From contig MCFE01000496.1 in the NCBI GenBank assembly GCA_002104905.1, positions 1 through 64,000 of the forward strand: a DNA stretch of 64,000 nucleotides, read 5' to 3'. This DNA comes from Basidiobolus meristosporus CBS 931.73 (taxonomy: Eukaryota; Fungi; Basidiobolomycota). The position numbers and the translations under genes are program-made. The notes below the pieces were generated by a model. It saw nothing but the letters and a program-made list of their open reading frames with translations. It was not told the DNA's origin and did no database searches. Each line of letters begins with the position of its first letter. The stretch's first letter is position 1. This document shows positions 34,898-44,971 of the stretch, in pieces.

Positions 34898-36012
34898 ATG
34901 ACTACCAGCAGACGCCTTAAGATCCTTTGCCTGCACGGGTATACGCAGAACGCCGAGGTCTTCTCCAAGAAGACCAGCGCCTGGAGGAAAGCTTGCGAGG
35001 GGTTCGCCGATTTCGGTGGGTGGTTTCTCCGCTATGGGCTCGGCCGGACCAAAGCTCACCTGGCTTTTTCATTGTTTAGTCTACGTCTCCGCACCCCATA
35101 CTGCTATCCCTTCTACCGACGGTGGGGCGTACGTCCCGGGCGCCGCAACAGGTAACTTTTGTCGAGCAGAGGTGGCGAGGCAAGGCGAGATACTCAACGA
35201 ACCCCTTCCAGATTCCGAAAGGGTGTGGTACATTGTCAAGGCCGAGGGAACCCTCATATACGACAAGCTTGAGGCTTCGCTGGAGTATTTGGCGCAAGTT
35301 TTGGAGAATGAGGTACGCTTCACACTTTGCCTCTTCGCAGCCAGCCTTTACCTGACCCTTATTGGTCATTCCCAGGGACCCTTCGATGGTATCATTGGCT
35401 TCTCACAAGGTACCTGAATTTCTGGCTTCTCCAATCAACTACTTGATCAATGACCATCCCCCCCATCCAGGTGCTGCGACGGCCGGTATCTTGTCCGCAC
35501 TGCTAGAAGGCAGCCAACCCCTCACCGAGAAGTGCCTTCATCCACCATTCCGCTTTGGCATTTTCATTGGTGGCTATTTACCTGCGGCCCCCAAGTACTC
35601 CCCCCTGTTCGCCACCCCACTGAGCATGCCCAGCCTACACCTGATTGGTCGCTACGACACTGTGGTCTCCATAGGTTCGTTCCGGGGGGTTTCACTTCAT
35701 CAATCCAGTATAGCTACTAACCCGTGAACCCGCACGTTCAGAGAAAAGCGAGGCACTCTCCAAAGGCTTCCGCAACTCCACCAGCTTGTACCACGACGGA
35801 GGGTAAATCCGATCTCATTACCTCGACTCCACCATATCATTTCTAACCACCCGGCCCGTTCTATTTCCCTTTCCTACTCTTGCTCTTGCTCTCGCCCTCG
35901 CCCTTACTCCGACCTCTGCCCTGGCCTCCGTGCTGTCCACAGTCACTTCGTCCCCGCCAGTCCGGCCATCAAAAAGAGCTGCGTGCAATTCATCCAACGA
36001 TTCTCGCCCTGA
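34898..36012 (+). CDS. FSH1/OVCA2-family serine hydrolase, multi-exon
   Basis: LKILCLHGYTQN, GPFDGIIGFSQG (nucleophile elbow), SLHLIGRYDTVV and HDGG|HFVP complete the Ser-Asp-His triad. Confidence 0.93.
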
Positions 36013-36549
36013 AAGCCATTTTCATCTCGTCTTTCCCCCCCCCAATGTCCAATAGGAACGATCCAAAACTCGATCGATACTTCATCTTAACCCGGAGCAC
36101 ACACACCCATATACTCACGCAAATCCGTTGAATATATACATCATTTATCATTAATAAATAGAGGAGCTTTCGCATTTGCAATCTGTCCCTGAAGGTTATC
36201 CGTCGTCGGGTGGATTGATTTGTCGAGGTTCCGGCCGGGTGAAACCTGGCGAATCTCTTCCCCTCGTGGTTCCGAGGGATTCATGGATTCTATCTGGTGG
36301 TCAGAACGGGTACTTGATCAGAGCAACGAGGGGAGGGGGGCCGTTTATTGAGTTATTGAGGAGGGTGGTGGTAAGGGGAGTTGAGTTGCGGCTGATGGGG
36401 GATCAACTAGATAGGTTTGGCTGCTTGGTGAGCATCTACATCACTGGGCTCGATCTGACCCACCCCTCTAACAAAGTTTTCGTCGGTCACTTGGTGGGAG
36501 CACAGTTCCACCGGGTCGTTTACCTCGTTCGAATACGTCCTTGCCCACT

Positions 36550-38420
36550 CTATAGCGTATCACATTCTCTTCCAATGATCTTCACCTGCTTGGGAAGAAG
36601 TGCGCACTCGGTGACCCGGTGGCAGCCCCACACTTTCAAGCTCTGCAGCGCGGGGCAGTTCTGCCCGAACGCACCGATGATATCGTCGTTCACCGCCCGA
36701 CACCACGAGAGGTCTAGTTCCTGTAGATTCTCACACTTGGCCGATGCGAACCTGGTCAGTCCCTCTTCGCTCAGCTCGTCCAGACCGTTCAGATTCAAGT
36801 ACTGTAGGGCGCTCTTGCTGTGCCCGATCACCGCATCCAGCACTTCGTCATCGAGGGTTGTACAGCGCGCTAGGTTGATGCCCGTGAACCCCTCGTTCAA
36901 CGTCCAGTCCGTGAAGAGCTCCTTGACGCCCGAGTTGCTGATGCCCGAGCAGCCGGCGATATGGAGTTCTCTCAAGCGAGGGCAGCATGGTCGAACACCG
37001 TCCAAGAGGAATCGGTCGGTGAGCAGCTGGCAGTCGGAGACCCCCAGGTAGGTGAGGTTCGACCCAACATGGTTAAGGATGGAGATCAGGGTGTCGTCGG
37101 TAGGGGAGGTCCCGGGATAACTGATGTCGAGAATCTCCAGCTTGGTCAGTTTTTCGAGGGGTTTCAAGGAGAGGTCGTCCATTTTTCCGCACCGAACCAA
37201 CCTCACTTCCCGAAGCTCGGGGCACTTTTCCGACAACACCTCTACGGTTTGGATGGATAGCTTGGCCGTATGTTCCACGCAGAACTTCTCTAACTGTGGG
37301 CCAAGCGCCTCCAACATGGCGATAAATCCCTGGTCTGTGATCAAGAATGCCCCACCCAGGGAAAGGGACTTCAATTGTGTGAAGCGTGTCGTATACAGCT
37401 TGAGAATATCATCGTTCATCCGACCACAGTAGTTGAGCGAAAGGCTGACCAGGTTGGGACAGAAGTGAGCGATGCCAGAGAGTCCGGTTTGGTCCAGTTC
37501 TACATGGTTCAATAGACGGGTTATGCCTTAGAGTCGACAGCGGTGGAAAATGGTTTGCTTACTTGTACAGTCGTAGAGACTTAGTTCCTGGTGAATCGGG
37601 TCCAAGAACAACTTCAGCGTATGGTTGTTTAGTTGTCGATGTTTGCTAATGATCTGAGCGATCTTATCCATATTGTAATCCCCTATATCCCCTAGCGTCT
37701 CGACGTCATCGATATACCGACCTATAATCTGGTATAGAGTCAGCAGCATGTAGATTCCCTCATATGTTACACACAACAATACCTTGATACAGATATCTTG
37801 CAGAGTGGGGACCACTCCGTCTTCATCCCAGAAGACAGTACCCTTGCCAAGTTTGTTGGCTCGCTTTCTCTTTCTTGGTTTGGCATTCTTGGGCGTCTTC
37901 TTACCCTCGGCGCAAGCGGGGCAAAGTTTCCCGGCTCTGGTTACCTTGGTCGAGCTATTCGTCATGAAGCGGCAGCGACATTGGCCGCAGAATTCGATCC
38001 CGTTTCCGGAACTGTAGGCCCGGTTTCTGGACGGGCTCTTGATGTCGGCCAGAAAGTCGTCGTCGTCGTCGTCTTCGGGGGCTTTCTTCTTGCCAGAGCT
38101 ACGTCTCCTGCTAGTGGCTTCTTCCACTTCCATGGTGATGGTTTCCGCTTCGGGTGTCTCCTCCTCCACCTCTTCCTCCGCGATCTCGACGGGGACATTT
38201 GCACTGCTGGAGCTGGCACTTGCCGAAGTACCTGCCTGCTGCTCGATCTGCGCCTCCAAAGCCTCTCTCTGGCGGCGACGGTGTCTCGCGGTGATGCCTT
38301 TTTCCTTCAGGACGGGACCCGGTCAAACCAAACGAGCGAGGGCAACTACACAAACGAACCTAGACTTACCTCAAGGAAACTGGTCAAAGCGGACCGAGGA
38401 CCACGCACACCTCTGGACAT
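36550..38420 (-). CDS. RAD7: Rad7-like nucleotide-excision-repair LRR protein
   Basis: Exon 1 MSRGVRGPRSALTSFLE|EKGIT, a CGQCRCRF...LCPAC Zn motif, VPTLQDICIK, VETLGDIG..NMDKIAQIISKHRQLNNHTLKLF, then AMN1/F-box-type LRRs ending LDLSWCR...VWGC. Confidence 0.88.
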
Positions 38421-39519
38421 GTTTTTCAAAGGGGAGAAGGTTGCTCTCGAGGGGGGGGGGTGGTAAGTTGGGAATCCTACCGAGGGAAATCCGACCGGTA
38501 CATATATAGCGTGGAAGAGTTGGGTTTTAATTGGCTTAACCGCTTGATAGGTTCAATCGTGGGCTGGAAATCCTCCCCCCCCCTTTGCTGCGGTAGGAGG
38601 ATCTCCCTTGGATACGGTGGAGCTGGCTTCCAACCCTCTTCGAAAGAATCCATTCCACTCTATTCCTAAGAATTAGAACACGATCGCACCCGTCACGATT
38701 GGACGAAAAATCCCCCCGATCGAATATGGTAAGGGCGCTGTTTGTCCGGGTGGATTGCGCCACTCTAAGGGTCGGACTCGTTTGTTCGCTATGCTTTCTA
38801 ATTTCTTGAAGTGGATGGGGAATCTTTCGGAGCCAGACCTCCCCTGGTGGATGATCTGGCGTGGGATATGCTACGTCGGCATACTCCCCGTATGCTTCTC
38901 CCTGGTGATGGCGTTGGTGCTGTGAGCAATTCGGGCATGCCGCCTTCCGCAAACCATGGATATGGTGAGCACACAACCACCGGGACACAGTGTATATCAG
39001 TGACTATCACCAGAACTCCAGCCACATACATTACCGTGCACAGAATCTGGAGATGCTTTTGACAAACGGTTCGGAATTTTGGCGTCAATGGTGCATCAAG
39101 GGGGTTACTTGTGGCCAAGCGGTTCCAAATGGCATCAACAAATCCCCTTGCACCTGGGGCTTTTGGTTGTATGATTGTTTTTGCTCAGGTTGCCAAATCA
39201 CAGAGGTATCCATTTCCAGTGGTGTAGGGGAGGATACTGCTTGAAGCAAGTGTGCTTTTCATTTCAGGTATTGCAAAGTGTAGAGCCACTGCATCCTGAT
39301 CACATGGAATCTGGAACTCCTAACTTTCAAGGGCTTTTCTGACATTTCTGTCTTTCCACCACATTCATGGTCTCATTGCTCATATGAGAGCCGGTGACTG
39401 AACTACGCATCTGACATATTCAAATGTGGGCCAGCATAATCCAATTGGGATTCTATATTGATCTTTCATCCAACCCTAATCCAATCTTCTACAGGCTGGG
39501 AGTTATGATTAATTAGATG

Positions 39520-39591
39520 CAAAAGTAGTATTTATACTTTGGCAAGCTCTTGGCAAACAAGCATGTAAAAAAGGTTTAGGAAGGTCCCAGG
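39520..39591 (-). repeat. Fragment of a copia-family LTR in reverse orientation
   Basis: Reverse complement reads GGGACCTTCCTAAA...GCCAAG...AAAGTATAAATACTACTTTT. Confidence 0.7.
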
Positions 39592-40035
39592 TGTTGTAAG
39601 CATTTGTAATTGCACCAAAACATTCACCTAGCTTAGTCCCCTGGATCACTGCCTACAAATCTTGGAGAATCCTGACCAAATTCCTTGTTAGGATTGGCTT
39701 AGAATATTTTCACCAAAATATCAGATACACAGAACATGAGATTTTGCAAGGTTGTCTAAAGCAACGCAAACCTTACACACATGCTCTTGGAACCTTCCTA
39801 AATATATTCTCTGTGCTTTCCTTGCCAAAACCATGTCAAAGCATAAATACTACTTATACATTCAATAAATTCTTATGTGACAACCACATAGTTTACCTGT
39901 TCTCCCAACCACTTCCAATATCTCCAAAACTCTTAAAACAGGCTATATGCCCCAAGCTGTTGCCCTCTGGAATGTCCACTACTATTATCACTGGAATTTC
40001 TCCCTCTACTGAAAAGTTGGATGGATCTAACTACT
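39592..40035 (+). mobile_element. Copia copy A: 349-bp 5' LTR (39592-39940), decayed PBS, start of gag
   Basis: TGTTGTAA...TCTTAAAACA, then GGCTATATGCCC, then MSTTIITGISPSTEKLDGSNY. Confidence 0.85.
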
Positions 40036-40180
40036 GTACAAGTCTTGGAGATATATAGTTTTGGTGGTTTTCACTTGATAATATATTGGATGTAAAAGTG
40101 ATATTTATGCTTTTACATGGTCTTGGCAAAACCAATACATTGAGTACATTTAGGAAGGCCCAAAGTGCATGTGTGCAAAG
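40036..40180 (-). repeat. Reverse-oriented 3' half of a copia LTR, closest in sequence to LTR B
   Basis: Reverse complement aligns to 40360-40476 and shares variants such as TACTCAATGTATTGGTT and TTTTACATCCAATA. Confidence 0.85.
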
Positions 40181-42028
40181 TGTTGTAAAAATTTGCAATT
40201 CCACCTAAATATTCACCCAACTTAGTCACTTAGATCATTGCCTACAAATCTTAGAGTATACTGACCAAATTCCTTGTTGGGATCTACTTAGAATATTGTC
40301 AACAAAATATCAGGTGCCTAGAACTTGAGACCTATCAGAGTGGTTCAAACAGCCCCACACTTTGCACAGATGCTCTTTGGGCCTTCCTAAACATACTCAA
40401 TGTATTGGTTTTGCCAAGACCATGTAAAGGTATAAATGCCACTTTTACATCCAATAAATTTATAAATGAAAACCACTAAGTCTACTTGTTCACCCAATCA
40501 CTTCTAATATCCCCAACACTCTTACCACAGGTTATAAGCCCCAAGCGGTCACACTCTGCAATGTCTACCACCACTATCACTGGAAATGTTCCCATTGCTA
40601 AAAAGTTGGATGGATCTAACAACCAAGTGTGGAAGGTGAAGATGAAGATGCAGTTGCAGGAAAGAGTTTTGGGATACTGTTATGGGAGAAGAATGCCCTC
40701 CTAAAATTGTAAGAGAGGAGGCCTCCAAGTATCAGAAGAAAGAACAAAGTGCCTTTGACTGCATATGCCTTAATGTCAAAGACAAATTGCTAATTCAATG
40801 TACACAAGCAAAAACAACAAAGAATGCCTGGGAGGCATTAAAAGACCCCTACCAGCCATGTTCAGTGGCCAAGAAAATGTATCTTGGATGAAAATCCTTT
40901 ACTAAAAAGATGCTGCCAGGAGAAGAAATTAATAATCTAAGTTAGTAGAACTACCTTAATGGGTATTATGACAGAATCAGTGGCATACAAACTACTAATG
41001 AAAACATGATTGTTACCATCCTGAATAGCCTGAAAGATATGTTTCAGGGCCTTGTATCTGCCCCAGAGTCCAGAACTAGAGATTGAATCTTTCATTATGT
41101 ATATGAAAGGAACTTGGACAGAGAATTAAAAAAATCAAGTGCCAATGAGAAGGAAGAAGATGCTTTAATCAGCACTGGTGGCCAACAAAAGAGGTATTCA
41201 AGATTACTTAAAAGCAACAGCAACCTGTTTTGCAGCTAATGCAAACCAAAAGGTCACACATCAGACTGGTGCCTCAAAACAAGTAATAATCAGCTAAAAA
41301 GCCTAAATATGGGAATGCAGCAACAACTGATGATAGAGTATTCATATCTGCAACAAATATGACTACAAAGAAGTATTCATAGATGTGGTATACTGACTCT
41401 GGAGCATCTCAGTACTTCACACACCAAAATGAACTTTTTACCCAATATCAAGAAATTGCAATCAAGAAGGTTTTCATGGGTGACAATAGAATATTTGATG
41501 CAGTTAGAGAGGGAACAATCCAAGTCAACCTCAGAAGTAGTGAAGGAAGCCTCATATGCACCCTCAAAGAAGTAGTCTATGTACCAGAAATAGCCAAGAA
41601 CCTACTATCTGTAAGCTAGGCAACAGCAGAAGGACTCAGCTTTAGTTTTGACAATTCTTGATGTAGGATCCCTAATTGGAATGGTGCTCATCTTGCTTTG
41701 GGTATCAAAGATCAGAATCAATATAAGCTGACTTCTATTCCATCATATTGGCAAGCTAATATTTGCAACCTTAATGATGAAACACAAACACTTTGGCACA
41801 GGAGATTTGAACACATCAATTTGACTATTTATGACTAAAAATCTGCTAGTTGCTGGAGTACAAACTGACCCCAAGCCATATTGAAGCACTTTAAAGCCTA
41901 CATAAATGAGAAACAAGCCAGAATAATGTCAAAGAGCTCTGGGTTGATCAGCACTAAGAAAAATTAGATCTAATACCCTCACATTTATGTGGACTAATGC
42001 AAAATTACCCTTAGTTAGAATGACATAT
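40181..42028 (+). mobile_element. Copia copy B: 5' LTR (40181-40529), PBS, decayed gag, protease and start of integrase
   Basis: PBS GGTTATAAGCCC (40530-40541); KLDGSNNQVWKVKM, protease WYTDSGASQY, YVPEIAKNLLSV and LWHRR; many stops; ends at CCCTATG at 42029. Confidence 0.92.
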
Positions 42029-42371
42029 CCCTATGAGAAATTGTTGTGATGAACCAATCAAAAGGCCATCACAGATTCTGAGTCCCATGACCAAGAGGTA
42101 ATGATCCCATCAGGACACTCAGCAAAGACCATCAAAAAATAATTGCATCCCAGATTTCATAATAAACTTGGTCAAATTTTTCATCACAATAGTGCAAAAG
42201 TGGCTTTTAATTGGTTCTCTGCCAATTTTTTCACTTTCTGATCCCAGACACTCTATCATCTCCTACATTTGTGTGCATTGATTGGCTATTGCTTCTTTTT
42301 CACACTCCTTACTTCCTGACTGAGCTGTTTCTCTTACTTTTCATGCATACAAATTCATTTATTTCTGTTGA

Positions 42372-42595
42372 AACTTCAGTTGTACCTCAATTGCCAATTG
42401 TGTTGACATATACAAGTCCCTATACCCTACACTAACATTAAGCCCAACCTCACACTCAGCAAGTAACTTCATTAAAACCCTAACCCTAACTTCAGTTGTA
42501 CCTCAATTACCAATTGTATTGACCTGCACAAGCTGCTATACCCTACACTAACATTAAGCCCAACCCCACACTCAACAAGTAAATACATCAAAATC
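42372..42595. repeat. 116-bp tandem duplication (2 diverged copies)
   Basis: TTCAGTTGTACCTCAATT at 42375 and 42491; only one copy in the 59.7-kb homolog. Confidence 0.9.
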
Positions 42596-42830
42596 CACCA
42601 CTTGACAAGTATTTCTGCTTAACACTCTATTTCCACAACTTTAGTGGGAACCCTATGGCTTTATGCCATTGTTCATTCACTGGCTCCCATACATCCCAAT
42701 CTTCAGCCAGCCTTTGCAATAAGTCCTTGCAATATTCAAGCATGTTTTCTTGAGCACTGCTCTTGAAGAAGTGCTGCAACCTCATGGTGTGCCTGTTAAT
42801 GGACTTGGTCCATTGTTCCAGCTGATCATA

Positions 42831-42910
42831 GTGCCCAATAGTGCCATAGCATGCCAGATGGGGCCTGATCATGCCACAGAGTGCCAGATGGTGCCATACA
42901 GTGCCAATTT
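42831..42910. repeat. 10-bp-phased (G/A)TGCCA array, 8 units
   Basis: gtgcccaata gtgccatagc atgccagatg gggcctgatc atgccacaga gtgccagatg gtgccataca gtgccaattt. Confidence 0.85.
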
Positions 42911-43398
42911 GGGATCAAAATTGACACGCATATGACCCTAAAATATCAAATTAATAACAAAATATACAGCACTTTCTGGCACTATGATCAATGGCACAAT
43001 GGAACAAGCCTAATGTTCCAAAACTCCACAAAAGGCATTGTGATAACCTTTTGAGTTCTTGATGTTGTTACTTTTCTGTCAGTGGGATTTCCACTCAGCC
43101 AACTATGAAGAAAATGGAGGCTGTGGTAAAAAAATTGCCTTTCTATGCAAACTCATCCACCTCACTGGAGTGTAGCTCAACTGGCTGTGCTTCTTGCTCT
43201 TGTGAAAACAGCTGTTTTCTTGTTGGTTATTCTTCTTGGCTATTATGGGACTTAGTCGGTTCTGGGCTCACAGTATTAATTGGCAGGAACTGCTGCTTTT
43301 TTCTCAAGCTTCCCTGTCTCTGGCTTAGATTGACTTCTCCCCCCATTTCTGTTATCACTGCCTGGTCTTTCACAGTTACTTTGTCCAAGTGCTACTTG

Positions 43399-43518
43399 TG
43401 TTGTAAAAATTTGTAATTCCATCTATACATTCACCTAACTTGATCTCTTAGATCATCACCCTCAAATCCAAGAGAATACGGACTAGACTCCTTGTTGGGA
43501 CTTAATTAGAATATTCTT
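43399..43518 (+). repeat. 5' fragment of the copia LTR
   Basis: TGTTGTAAAAATTTGTAATTCCATCTATACATTCACCTAAC...TTAGAATATT. Confidence 0.85.
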
Positions 43519-44002
43519 ACCTTATTATTACTTGTTTCAGGATTTAGTGATCACTGGTTTGCAATGACTCAACATGATTGCAAAAAAAATGCATTGTTTA
43601 AATAATGACAAATGATAGCAATTCAATGCCATTGTATCATTTTCTCCTAGGCCTTTTTCTCACAGGGATGACTACTGAAGCATATGGTAGTGATTTACTT
43701 TGTGTACCTAAGCTATTTCCTTGTCAACTATTGTCTGGGCCTCTTTGTACTTGTAGTCAGCATTTTGCTTCCTGGTTGATGAGTGCAGTGCTGGAGCTTG
43801 GCTGTACTGAGTTGCTCTAGATGATGTTACAGAACCAGCCTGAAGTGCAACACACTGATGCATTCTTTTACTTACCATAGGCTCAGGTGGTGGAGGCACT
43901 TCAAGTGGGTCATTGCCAGTCTGTTCATCATAGGTAACTTGCTGATGGTCAGGTATAATGGCATGCACAGGTACAGCTTGATGCATAGGCATGGTCTTTG
44001 GC

Positions 44003-44177
44003 AGAGTCTGATGTGATGCCACATGTTGATGCAACTTGGCCTGCCCCAATTGACTTTTGTCTAATCAAGCAGTTTGGCAAGTTCTGGTAAGAGTCTGATG
44101 TGATGCCACATGTTGATGCAACTTGGCCTGCCCCAATTGACTTTTGTCTAATCAAGCAGTTTGGCAAGTTCTGGTAA
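44003..44177. repeat. Perfect 87-bp tandem duplication
   Basis: AGAGTCTGATG...TTCTGGTA at 44003 and 44090; identical by eye. Confidence 0.95.
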
Positions 44178-44252
44178 TTTTGCTTTGAACTACATGTGGT
44201 GACCCAGTGTATGGTGCTCTTGTAAAGGGTGTTGGTATAAATTGAACTGATG

Positions 44253-44602
44253 TAGTGTAAAAGTCTTGGACATACAGGAAGTGATTGGGAGAACAAGTAG
44301 ATGATATGGTTTTCACTTAATTATTTTTTTTAATGTAAGCATAGTATATATATTCTTACATTGTCTTGGCACAACAAACACATATAGTAGGTTTAGGAAG
44401 GCCCCAAGAGCATGTGTGCAAAGTTTGGGTCTGTTTGGGCAACTTTGAGAATTACTGTGTTCAGGATACCTGATATTTTGGTGAAAATATTGCAACTAAA
44501 TCTCATCAAGTAATTTGGTAAGTACTCTCTAGGATTTGAAGGTAATGATCTAAATGACTAAGTTAGGTAACTATATATGGGGAATTCTGAATTTTTGCAT
44601 GA
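44253..44602 (-). repeat. Solo copia LTR, degraded
   Basis: Full-length alignment to the LTR consensus; candidate TSD TGATG at 44248-44252 and 44600-44604 (right end ambiguous by 3 nt). Confidence 0.85.
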
Positions 44603-44971
44603 TGTGCGCAGGTGTGCTGGTGCTGTGAGGGATGGTAGGGAATTGAGCAAGGCATGATGGCATAATCCAGATGCAGTTGTATGCAGACTGTATTCTTTTA
44701 TTTGAAGCTCACCTACTTATTCCTCAAGGTACTTACTTACCCACTGTCTGATACTTTGGAACTGTTGCCTTGATAAGTCCTGTGTATTTGCTCTTGGGAG
44801 CCACTTGCTCTACTAATATATCACTCAGTACATTAGTAATCTGAGGCAAAAACCCATTCAAAATCTCCTTTATTACCAAAGCTGAGGCCCAGATGGATCC
44901 ATCAAGTCCATACTGTGCAAATTGCATGCAGAATTGTTTGCATGCAGCTTCCTCATCAAATGCCCTTGCTG

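Larger units (their letters stand above)
42029..44971 (-). mobile_element. CMC/CACTA-like DNA element family 2 (end CCCTATGAGAAA) carrying a decayed, apparently spliced ORF of unknown family; interrupted by copia LTRs
   Basis: 42029-43398 aligns in inverted orientation to 59223-60115, and both stop at ...CATAGGG. Peptide pieces include EYCKDLLQRLAEDW..VNEQWHKA; GTAAGT donor at 44740. Confidence 0.6.

Noticed and set aside
36176-37051. 291-aa plus-strand ORF (also 37798-38466 and 38039-38509)
   Set aside because: Antisense shadows of GC-rich RAD7 exons; no recognisable motif.
7713-38420. Functional gene cluster in the central island
   Set aside because: The genes are unrelated housekeeping functions with no biosynthetic core or shared pathway.
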